Shown piece after piece: positions 52,423 through 64,000 of a DNA stretch of 64,000 nucleotides; position 1 is the stretch's first letter; the number at the start of each line of letters is the position of its first letter. The translations under genes and the position numbers were made by a program. The notes below the pieces were generated by a model. The model was not told where the DNA came from and did no database searches. It saw only the letters and a program-made list of their open reading frames with translations. The stretch is from Octopus sinensis (taxonomy: Eukaryota): NCBI RefSeq assembly GCF_006345805.1, contig NC_043000.1:38998001-39062000 (forward strand), in the 5' to 3' direction.

Positions 52423-53389
52423 ATAGGTAAACAGTAAAATATATTACAGACATGGACAAGACATGAAACACCACAGAGACGACACAAGAACACAGGACGG
52501 GACATTCGAAGCCCTCAGTCATCAGTCAAGAACCAGATCATCTTAGCAATTCGACTGATTAATCTTGAGATTGCTTCGATATGGCCAGCCCGCCAAGGGA
52601 AATCTAAGCCAAGCGCATTAGATACCCTGGAAGAAAGCTTCGAATGTATACAACACGAGGACGGAAAACGAACGAAGTACACAAACAAAATACAGAATAC
52701 GTGACACCAATAAGAATACAAAAACGTAAAAACAATAACGGTAAAAATAAAAATAAGCAACAAACAAAACCACCAGGACGTAGGACAAGGGTCTTTCGAC
52801 AGGACGAGTTGAGTATGGGGCTGGCTTGTGAAGTTGTGCCTAATGGCCGCGGGGAGACGAACAAATACGTGTTGCTTCTGCGACTGCTGAAACGAAAAGA
52901 GCGCTCAACAGCGGCTAGCGGTCACGTGAGAACAAAAGACAGGAGAAAGGGACAGATGAAAAGAGAGAAGGTGGACGAGGGAGGAGAAGAAAGAGACAGA
53001 TCGAGGGCTGGAGGTGAGAGAGATAGAGAAACGTAGAAGGGGGGGGGGAGACGGATGGAGAGGGAAGAAAGGAAGGGGAATAAGGGAGGAGAGAGAGAGA
53101 GAAAAAAGACAGATTAAGAGTCGTATCAATGCTAGAGAAAAATATACTTATCGTATAAGGACAATTGTGGATACGTAGCCGCCGATTATATAGGTAAACA
53201 GTAAAAATAATTACAGACATGGACAAGAACATGAAACACCACAGAGACGACACAAGAACCACAGGACGGGACATTCGAAGCCCTCAGTCATCAGTCAAGA
53301 ACCAGATCATCTTAGCAATTCGGCTGATTAATCTTGAGATTGCTCCGATATGGCCAGCCCGCCAAGGGAAATCTAAGCCAAGCGCATTA
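52423..53389. repeat. ~200-bp direct repeats flanking a 570-bp core (LTR/pLTR-like tandem)
   Basis: 52423-52620 and 53189-53389 are near-identical; both outer ends lie in (TA)n. Confidence 0.75.
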
Positions 53390-53391
53390 AT

Positions 53392-53433
<42 letters not shown>

Positions 53434-53519
53434 TATATATATATATATATATACATACATATATATACACATGTACATATATATATACATATGTATATAT
53501 ATATATGTATACATATATA

Positions 53520-53748
53520 TGTTTCTTTATTGCCCACAGGGTGGACAACAGAGAGGACAAACAAGGATAGACAAAGGTATTAAGTCGATTACATCGACCC
53601 CAGTGCATAACTGATACTTGTTTTATTGACCCCGAAAGAATGAAGTGCAAAATCGAACTCGGCGGAATTTTAACTCAGAACGTAGCGGCAGATGAAATAC
53701 CGCTAAGCATTTCGCTCGGCGCGCTAACGATTCTGCCAGCTCACCGGC
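53520..53748 (-). mobile_element. SINE family A, full length
   Basis: Head gtgagctggcagaatcgttagcgcgcc, B box, body, tail gtgggcaataaagaaac. Confidence 0.8.
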
Positions 53749-55139
53749 TTATGTACATATATGTAACAGGCTTCCTTCAGTTTCTCACGAGGCTTTGGTT
53801 GGCTCGAGGCTTTTGTAGAAGACACTTGTTGAAGGTGCCATGCAGTGCGGCTGAACATGGAACCATGAAGGTGGGAAGCCAATTTCTTACCACACAGCTA
53901 CGCCATACATGTATGTGTACATACATACATACATACATACGTTCATACATACATATATATATATATATATGCATACATACACACACACACACATATATAT
54001 GGCCACCACGAATATATATATATATATATATATTATACATAAAAGTAAATAAATGGTACAACGAAGCACCGATATCTACTGGAAAATAGCGAACGTAATA
54101 AATACGACGCTAATGTATAGCTTCACTGCATACATACATATATACATACACATACACACGCTCACACACCGCATTTGATATGCGTTATTGCATGATAGAG
54201 CAGACCATCAGATGTTGTTATACATCGCTGGTCACAATGTACTTTGATCGAATTAATTTTTCACTGATGTCGTCCTACAGGTTAGGCGAACTGACCAACA
54301 ATTCGCCTGATCAAAAGGTAAGTTCGTAAGTGGTAACGTGAAATGAAGTGTTTTGCTCAAGAACTCAACGCGCTGCTCGGATCGGGTATCAGATCCCACA
54401 ATCTAATGATCATGAGCACAACACCCTAACTAGTAGGCCACGCGTGCCTCCACGTATGCCATATACCAGAAAACTATAAGTAAATGCAGCAAGAGCTGTA
54501 GCATTGGCGCTAAAAAAATTTAAGCGCGTCAGAAAATATTGTACAGCGTCTGTCATAGTTATAAAAGGAAATTTAGCGAAAGTAATATATATCCATACTC
54601 GAGACCACCACGAATGGTCACCACGAATAAACAGACTCACGGTGGCCTCCACAAATAACAGACTCACGGATGCCACACCATCACCATAAAACCCATTCTA
54701 CTGACATATATCAGAGGCCTATTGCAGTTCAACAGAAAAAAGCAAAATCTCATTTCTGAGATATCTTTCTGCGTTCGATCATGTAATATGCTTTTGCACA
54801 GTACTGCTTTGGTGTGTGATCTACAAGGGAGATAACTCTGCTGCCCTATATCTCAATCAGCTCTGTCGTTTACTGTCCGGCTACCGGTTACTTCGACCTC
54901 GTAACCTAAAATAATCTCTCTTTAAATTGTAAATCACACACCAAATGGTACCTTTCTTTTTCTTAAGAAATGATGTGAATTTAGTGCTGGTTTCTTGTAA
55001 CAATGCAACCGCCTTCGTCTCGTCGCAGATCACATTGTAAACCTCTTTAGCCAACAATTTACGGCTTTTTAGAAATTGAGAAGTAAACTTTAAAATAACA
55101 TAAAGCAAAATCCCTTGTAGATCACACACCAAAGCAGCA

Positions 55140-55620
55140 CCCATTGCACTTGCAGAAACATATCTGTCTGCAGATAAAAATTATGTGGAGGTACATATAG
55201 CCATGTATGCTGGGTTTCGTACAAGCAGAAAAGAAAGAAGTCGCGGTGGTGTTGCGTGTATATCGGCAAAGATGTCACATCCTCGAGGCAGTTATCACAT
55301 TCATATATTGAAAACGAATTGATGTGCGATGTGCTAAGGACATTAAATTGTTCACCTGACATCTCAAATCACGATCAAAATTTTGAGAACTTTAAAGTAA
55401 TATAAAGAAACACTAACCAAAGTCGATCAATGTACTTCTCGTGGATGACTTCAAGTTCCTCAACCAGGCTACAAAATCTCAGAAACGACACGTAAAGAAT
55501 GCAGTCAAGTAGAATCTCTGTTTGATCTATCGAAAATGATGTTCATGCAGCAAACCACATTGTTTCCGACCAGGAACAATAACAACTTAGGCCTCTGCTT
55601 CACTGAAAGTGATATCTTCA
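55140..55620 (+). pseudogene. Highly decayed CR1/L2/Jockey-type APE endonuclease fragment
   Basis: IALAETYLS, GFRTSRKERSRGGVA, LLVDDFKF, PTRNNNNLGLCFT, in broken frames. Confidence 0.55.
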
Positions 55621-55877
55621 CATTGTGAAAATATCACCGGCAGAAGCAAACCTACGGATTAAAAAAAAATATTAATACATAGACAAAGTAATAAGTACAA
55701 AAGAAATACAGTGAAAAAGAAATGCCGTCACACCCACACTCACAAATACGAATGAGTCTAAACAAAGCACTTGCCAATGTGGAAAGACTGGGTTCTTAAT
55801 GAAATATCGAAGTTTTAAGAGTCAAGTATATGAAGAAAGGAGGGGAAGGGTGACTAATTAAACAGTACTCGTACAAT

Positions 55878-56252
55878 CATGGCACTCCGTCGATTACGAC
55901 GATGAGGGTTCCATTTGATTCAATCAACGGAACAACCTGCTCGTAAAGTTAACGTGCAAGCAGCTGAGCACTCCACAGACACGTGTACCCTTAACGTAGT
56001 TCCCGGGGAATTCAGCGGGACACAAGGCTGGCCTTTTGAAATACAGTTACAAGAGAAACAGGAAGAAAGAGTGAAAGTAAGTTGTGGTGAAAGAGTACAG
56101 CAGTGTTCATTACCACCAACCCCTGTCGGATCCTCGTGGTGCTTTAGGTGTTTTCGCTCAATAAACACTCACAACGGCCCGTCTGGAAATCGAAACCACG
56201 ATCCTACGACCGTGAGTCCACTACCCTAACCACTGGGCCATTACGCCTCCAC
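55878..56252 (-). mobile_element. SINE family E, full length, with 12-bp TSD
   Basis: tactcgtacaat at 55866-55877 and 56253-56264. Related E-head copies are at 33490-33757 (-) and 50890-51081 (-). Confidence 0.85.
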
Positions 56253-56457
56253 TACTCGTACAATACGTTTATATAAACAAACACGGGTTCATATATAAAT
56301 GTAAATAAACATAAAATTATACATGCATGTATGTATGTGCGTGCGTATGTATGTATGTTTTTGTGTGTTTGTGTATATATGTGTATATGTGTGTGTGTGA
56401 GTGTGTGTGTGTACGTGCGTGTGTGTGTATGCGTGTGTGTGTATACACAAATATATA

Positions 56458-56682
56458 TTTCTTTACTACCCACAAGGGGCTAAACACAGAGGGAACAAAC
56501 AAGAACAGACAAACGGATTAAGTCGATTATATCGACCCCAATGCGTATCTGGTACTTAATTTATCGACCCCGAAAGGATGAAAGGCAAAGTCGACCTCGG
56601 CAGAATTTGAACTCAGAACGTAAAGGCAGACGATATACGGCTACGCATTTCGCCCGACGTGCTAACGTTTCTGCCAGCTCAC
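56458..56682 (-). mobile_element. SINE family A, full length
   Basis: Same head and body; tail ccctctgtgtttagccccttgtgggtagtaaagaaa. Confidence 0.8.
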
Positions 56683-57295
56683 AGCCTTAATATAAGCTTT
56701 ACGTTAGTTCCACGATCGTAAGGTCGGGATTTCGAATCTGAAAAGCACGTTGTGTTCTTGGGCAAGACACTTTGTTTCACGTTGCTTCTCTCCACTCAGC
56801 TGGTAAAAAATGTTGTACCTGCAGTTCAGACGACCAACTTTGTTGCATTCTGCCATGCTGGATATCCCTGGGAAATAAGATAAGCGTACGTGTGTGTGTG
56901 TGGAGTACCCAGCCAAATTACCCGTTAATTTCCCGAACAAACTGTTCCGCTGTCAGAGCAGCTGCAACACTCGTCGTCGTAACTGACTGAGTACCAATTA
57001 TTTGATTAGTTCAAATATGTTTGTGACACATTTTAACTTCTAGGTGGGATTTTCCCTGAAGTTTACCGTAGAGAAAAAATTCTCGCTAATGGTAAAAGGC
57101 GTGAATACAGAATCTTCAGCGCAGTGGTACTTCTCTTGGACTCCTACATGCATTTCTGGTTCGTTACACTTCATCAGAAGGAGATACCAAAGAAAGAGAT
57201 AACTCTGATCTGATTAGAAAGCGGCCGCTTTAAACGAGTAGTTCAACAGTAAATGATAGTGACTGACTTGCGCACGCCGACCGACTGCCCTAGTT

Positions 57296-57658
57296 CACGG
57301 TTCCCAAACTTTCTCGAGCTTCTGCCTCCTTGACACCCAGACCACATTCCTTGCTTACCCAGTCCTCTTTCTGAAGCAAATTCAAAGCAATTGTATTTCA
57401 CAAAGGAAACTTAGCCTAATGAACCCATTATTTTGTTGATTTTACTTGAATCATCCCCCTCCCATTATTGTCCCAATATTTACATGAAACCCACCCTATT
57501 ATTGCCCCAATATTTATATGAATCATCTCCTCATTATTGCCCCAATATTTACATGAATTGCTACTCCATTATCACTCCACTTTTCTCCAACGCCCCCTTG
57601 AAACTTTCCACCACCTCCAGGGGGATGGGGGCAATACGGCCCACTTTGGGAACCAGTG
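57296..57658. mobile_element. hAT-type MITE with internal ~35-bp tandem repeats
   Basis: TIRs cacggttcccaaa / tttgggaaccagtg; TSD-like ccctagtt / gcctagat; three copies of attattgYcccaatatttaYatgaa at about 57463-57560. Confidence 0.7.
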
Positions 57659-58189
57659 GCCTAGATAGGAGTGGAAGCCTCTAACAAGAATGTATCAACT
57701 GTAAATGAGAAAAATAAAATAAAAACATTTTAAGCGTTCGAACACTGTAAGACGTCGCAATTCATCAAATACAAAACGTTATGGATTATGAAGCCGGAAA
57801 AATCAATGTGGTTATTGCATACCTGTTTACATCTCAGTCAATAACTCCTTACTTGAATAGTATGATACCAGAAAACTTTGTTTTTAGAATGACTTAACAA
57901 ATCCTATCAGGTAGTGCTTTAGATATGGCCTGGGCCAATCTTTGGCCGAGACATGGCAACATATCTCAGATATTTGTCCAAAGATTCAGCTTGTTGGTAT
58001 TTTGTATTATAGACTTATGAAAACAAGAGTCATATACGCAGTGACAAGTGTGTAGCAATGGAGAGAATGCGTTGGTAGTTACGATGATTATTTAGTTCGT
58101 CCATTATAGCTTGATCATTGAATACATGTTATGAGCAATGTATTGTTTTACACATTTCTTAAGAGCTATTTGCTGCTTTTTAGATTTAG

Positions 58190-58254
58190 ACACACACACA
58201 CACGCACACACATACACACACACATACACATACATACATACATACATACATACA

Positions 58255-58290
<36 letters not shown>

Positions 58291-58583
58291 TAAAATATAT
58301 ATTTATATTTATATATATATATATACACACACGTAAAGAGAGCAAGAGAGATAAAGTGCAGTGGGAGAAAGAGAAGGGGTAATAGAATAGGGAGGAGAGA
58401 GAAGAGTACAGGGGGAGACGGTGTCAGTTAGTTTTTATAAACGAGGGTAACACAAATGAGTACGTAATGCAGAGTATATATACTTGTGTATTTTGTTTTG
58501 CGTTCTCAATAAATATATAAATTAATATATACATACATTCATACATGCATACATATATATATATACATATATATACACACACA

Positions 58584-58651
<68 letters not shown>

Positions 58652-58740
58652 AAAGATGGTTTGATTGATGTATGCATATATATAATTATATATATATATA
58701 TGCATGTATGTATGTTATATATATAGTATATATGTATATG

Positions 58741-58789
<49 letters not shown>

Positions 58790-59032
58790 ATATGTATATA
58801 TATATATATACATACGTATATGTATAATATCAATATATATATATATATATACATAAAAGTATATATGTACAAATATAAATATGGTGTGCGTGTGCGTATG
58901 TGTATACTTGTAAATAAATGCATATATATATATATATCGATATAGATATAGATATATATACATACATACACACGTACATATATATGTATATGCAAATATA
59001 ATGTATATGTATAAATATGTATATATATATAC

Positions 59033-59068
<36 letters not shown>

Positions 59069-59213
59069 ATATATACATATACATATATATATATACATAA
59101 ATATATATACATATATATATATGCATGTATATATATACTTGTGTGTATATATATACTTGTGTGTATATATATGTGTGTGCATCTATATATAGACATGTAT
59201 ATATATGTTATAT

Positions 59214-59247
<34 letters not shown>

Positions 59248-59300
59248 ATATATAATGATATATAATATATATATATATATACATATATATAATAGTATTA
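58190..59300. repeat. (TA)n/(TACA)n/(CA)n compound field (similar at 60770-61120)
   Basis: Direct reading. Confidence 0.9.
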
Positions 59301-59454
59301 AGAAAGTAAAATGGAGGACGCAAGCCCAACTGATCGAAGAAGCCAGCTAGAGTATGGGAGAATTAATCAATGTAACTCCCCTTACACCCTAACACCCTAA
59401 CATCCCTACAATACAACACAATGTAACGGCTCTTACACCCTGACAACCCCTTAC

Positions 59455-59540
<86 letters not shown>

Positions 59541-60770
59541 TTTGTATGTATGTATGTGTGATGTGTGTGTATATCTATTATATATATATATATATACATG
59601 TATGCCACACACAACACGTATGGAATGTTACCACGAGAAACAACAAATTGAATGGCGAAAACATTGAGCTATTAATCAGATCAAAACTGCTTCTATAGAG
59701 GCGAAACGTTCGAAGGTTCTAATAGAGACAGCGGCGGTGGCGGTGGTGGCGGTGGTGGTCGTGGTCGTCGTTGTGGTTGTAGTCGTGGTCATGTTTGTCG
59801 TCTTCGTGTTTGTGGTGATTGTTGTGGTGATGCTGGTGGCGTCGGCGGTGATAGTGGTAGTGGTGCTGGTGGTGGATATAAGTTATGTGTTTTTCCTTTC
59901 TATTAAACTTGTTTATGTTGGCGGCCATGTTTTCAGCTGTGTTCTTTCTCTATATTTTTATATATATCTACTTCTCTTCGAGTTTTTAATCTTGTTGTTT
60001 CAAAAGAAAGAATTATTAAATGGTCCCTGAAGAAAGGAATCCAGTTATAGACTTCATGAAAAACAATATATATTTTCTTTTTTGTGTTTTTAAACATTGT
60101 TTTTTATTATTTTTTCGTTGCGTTTGGCCATTAATTCTTTTTCTTCTACTTCTTCTCATTCATTCGTCCAAACAGTATTCTTTTCTTTATTTTAGTTTTA
60201 TTCTTTCTTCTACTAAGCGTTTTCTTTTCAATTGATTCCTTCATTCTTATATTCCTTCATTCTCGTATTCTTTCATTCTTTATTTCTTCTGATCTTAAGA
60301 TATTGTTTTTGCCTTTCAAAGTTAACATTAAATAATATGGTGCTTTTGATGGATTTCATTTCCATTTGAGGGGGCTTCACATCATTTAGATTGGTTTGTT
60401 CCTCTGGAAAATCATAAACGCCACCACTTCTCATTTTTCATCCGTTATATATAAGGTATTGTATCTAGTCTCAAACAAACCATTTTCATATTCTCTCATT
60501 GTTTTTAACATTCTTTCATTTTCCAGAAAAGTGGTATTCCCATGTGTGTGACTGTATCTATGTATGTATATATATATATGTATGTGTTTGTGTGTGTGCG
60601 TGCGCGCGCGCGCGTGTGTATATTTTTATACAGGGTGAAGTGTATAAGCTGTCGTCTAATTTACACAAAAATGAAATCAAGTGTCATACATGGGCGGGAG
60701 TAAAAAGTTGTTTACTCTTAATATTTACAGCAAAATAGAAAATCTTTTTTCCATTTTCTTCTTTCTTGCC

Positions 60771-60802
<32 letters not shown>

Positions 60803-60855
60803 ACATATATATATATACGTATACATACACATATATATATATACATATAATATTA

Positions 60856-60888
<33 letters not shown>

Positions 60889-60979
60889 ACAGTATACATA
60901 TATATAATATATATATATATTATATATATATATATAGATATATCTTCCATATATATCATATACATATACCTTATCTATA

Positions 60980-61018
<39 letters not shown>

Positions 61019-61129
61019 CTATATATATATGTGCATATATATACATATATATGCATATATGCGCACACACACGCAGTCTCACACGCACGCACACATACAC
61101 ATGTTTATATATAAATATATAGTCGTAAA

Positions 61130-61470
61130 ACATTTGCTACCCAACTGCATGGTTCTGTGTTCAGTTTCACTGCGTGGCAGTTTCGGCAAGCGTTTTCTAT
61201 TGTAGTTTGTGGGGTGGCAACCAAAGCCTTGTGAAGTGGATTTGATAGACGGAAACTTAAAGAATCTTTTGTATATGTCTGTGTGCTGCACGCACGCGCG
61301 CATGTGTCCTCAACAACCGCTTGACAACTATTGTTGGTGTCTTTACGTCACCTTAAATTTCCTTAAAAGAAACTGAAGGAATAAGTGTCAGGGTTGAAAT
61401 TTTAAAAATGAGTATGGGTGTTGATTCATTCAGTCAGTCATTCAATATTGCCGAAGCTGATGACAGAAAC
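61130..61470 (+). mobile_element. SINE family B, diverged (another copy at 61800-62055 -, partial at 53765-53905 -)
   Basis: ccaaagccttgtgaagtggatttgatagacggaaacttaaagaa body and tail. Confidence 0.65.
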
Positions 61471-62576
61471 AAGTAAAGGTTACAAGTTAAACACACACAC
61501 AAATAAGCGGAGAGCCCTAAGAAAGCAGTGACCGAAGATCTAATAAAGTTACGCACATACGTTATTAAATAATTCGAAGAGGAGAATGGTTTTCTCCTGG
61601 ACTATTCGTGCAGTGACACATCTTATTACATACGAATGCACATGAATGTGTTAAACCTAACTTTACATGAATGTGTATGTGTGTGCATATGCATACGTAT
61701 GTATGTGTACAGATACATATATATGTATATTATGTGAACATACATGCATACATATTATTATGTGAACATTATATATATATATAAAAGATGAACAGTTATT
61801 CATCTTTTACTTGTTTCACTCATTAAGGTGTCCCCATGCTGGGGCACCACCATGAAGAATTTTTAGCGAAATGAATCAACCCCTGTACGTATTTGTTTTC
61901 ATTTTTAAGGTTGCTACATATTCCATCAGTCTCATTTGACAAACCGCTATGTTACGGGACCGTAATCACACCAAAACTTTCCCAAGGTGCCACACAGGGA
62001 GACTGAACCCGGAACCATGCGGTTCAGAAGGGAGCTTCTTACCACACAACCACGTCCGCTCCTTACGTCAAATCCGTAAAGACTTCACGAAGAGAAACTC
62101 TGAAAACATTCTCTAACGAGCCGCCATGTTAATCTTGTCTCCTTCAACAATGGAAATACACAATCACTACATATACCATGAAAGCAATGTCATACCAACC
62201 CGCATGAAACAAACATGAACAACACTCAACCAGAACGTCATTGAGGTTCTCTTCTTATGATTTCACATTCCACATTATAAAGACTACATCACAAAGTCTG
62301 ACCTTCTACTTGCAAGCCAGAATGTATCGAATCTCGCCAAAATTGCAAATATGAAAGGAGAGCCAGAAGTGAAACGTATTGCACCATGATTTGAAACGTT
62401 TCTTACAGCTACACATTACAAACAGATTCGACTCTAAAAGGCTGATCCAGCTATCGGCACGAAGTCACTCTCCCATGCACTCTGCAATCTCTAATCTATA
62501 GACGTGCTATCCGATCAATCTTTCCTTTTAACCGCTACTAAAGTGGATCCTGCTCCACTGAACCGACTGATTTCTC

Positions 62577-62627
<51 letters not shown>

Positions 62628-63952
62628 CTAAAGCTTGGTTGTAGCGACATAGTTTTTTTTTATTCCTTCTTTAAGTTATCCACTATAGAAACGGAGCAAA
62701 GATCACTGACTCGAAATATCTATTTCTTCACGACTCACTGCCTTTCGGTTCACCGGCTGCTTCTATGCACTCTGTGAATGACATAAAATTAAGTAGGAAT
62801 TCGCTAATCTGCACAAAATACTTTTTTTCCAATAAAACAGCTGGTGATATAAAAGTATGGTAAGTCCTCTGGACATTATTGTCTATAGTCCTGGGACTCT
62901 TAGAAACCGGTAACCAGCGTTTAATTGACAGCACGGCCCACGAACGGGACGCCAATCAGCTGCAAGATCGGTTATTTACCGCGAGGTTGTCTGGAGTATC
63001 ATAGAACCAAGTATTTTGCTCAATAATATAACACACCGTCCGGTCCTGGAAACGAAACCCCAATCATGCGAGAAACTTCCTAACCATTGGGCCAGGCATC
63101 TGCACAGTAAGTGATATACCATGCTTTTATATCCATTCAGAGGTCCGTCTTCCTTTATATTCATTCTGTGGCAAAATAGACACAATAAAATAAAAACCTG
63201 ACCAACCTCAAATAATGTCTCCCTATGTCAAAGCACTCGTGAAGAAAAGCAAGGCAAAAGTCCTCCGTTGCTAATTTAAATTACGATGGTGGCCACCGAA
63301 AACAACAAGTTGACCTTTTTCCCCCCGTCAATGCTAAACATACGGCTGACCCTCATATCGCCATTTCTACCTCTATCACCGTCCATCACATTCCCAATAC
63401 CAATTTCGATTGTGTCTTTTCTTGTATCTAACATCAACTGATGCCTTTAGCCGTGTCGGCCACCTTATTGTTTCAAACATTTCCAGTTCCTGACCTCTAC
63501 AATCAGCCAACATTCTTTAATACAAATTCAATTCTTATTCTCCCTTTCACACAATATTTTCATAATACACCGTTACCGTTCTTCTTCTTCTTTTTCGTCC
63601 TGCTCCCTCCCCTTCTCCTATTTCCTCCTCTTTTCTCCCCCTCACCTTTCTTTCTGCTTGTCTTTTCATCTTTCTATCTTTCTTTCTTTCTTTCTTTGTC
63701 TTTTCTTCTTCCAATTCTTGCTCCTTTCTCTCCCCCTTCTTCTACCCCCACCTCTGTCTATACGAAGTTTTCAGCATCTTTAGTCAGCTGCTGCTGCTGC
63801 TGCCACGGGTGTCGTTAATCTATTTAATATTCCAATAAGATACACCAATATCGACTGGAATCAACTAATTAGTTTCGATTCCCCACTCTTGCCACAAGAT
63901 ATCGATTAGGGAAGGGTTGCGCTAAGGTTTAGTGAGGACTGGGTCACGGCAT

Positions 63953-64000
<48 letters not shown>

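Noticed and set aside
57463-57575. CRISPR-like repeat/spacer pattern
   Set aside because: Linkers are only about 10 nt and related to each other, the array is inside a hAT MITE, there are no cas genes, and the context is eukaryotic.

Overview
AT-rich, very microsatellite-dense animal genomic DNA. The SINE families and the density of (TA)n/(CA)n/(TACA)n/(GATA)n/(AAT)n suggest an octopus or other coleoid cephalopod; this is an inference and no search was run. I can support no intact host gene, rRNA, true tRNA gene or CRISPR array. Almost all ORF-track entries are microsatellites read in frame. The interpretable content is mobile-element debris: two Tx1-like (L1-clade) LINE copies, three fragments of restriction-like-endonuclease (R4/Dong-like) LINEs, RTE and RTE-X pieces, a CR1/L2-type endonuclease relic, at least four tRNA-derived SINE families, hAT deletion derivatives/MITEs, two non-autonomous Helitron-like copies, and several Penelope-like relics with hammerhead ribozyme cores. 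Three patterns stand out. (1) Each LINE family abuts its own microsatellite: Tx1-like at (TATC)n, one RLE family at (CATA)n, another at (AAT)n. This suggests sequence-specific retrotransposons partitioning the microsatellite landscape. (2) One SINE family carries the same ~35-nt 3' tail as the GATA-associated Tx1-like LINE. (3) Four fold-back elements that look like MITEs each carry a type-I hammerhead core reading outward, one with a complete catalytic core (47236-47312, minus strand).
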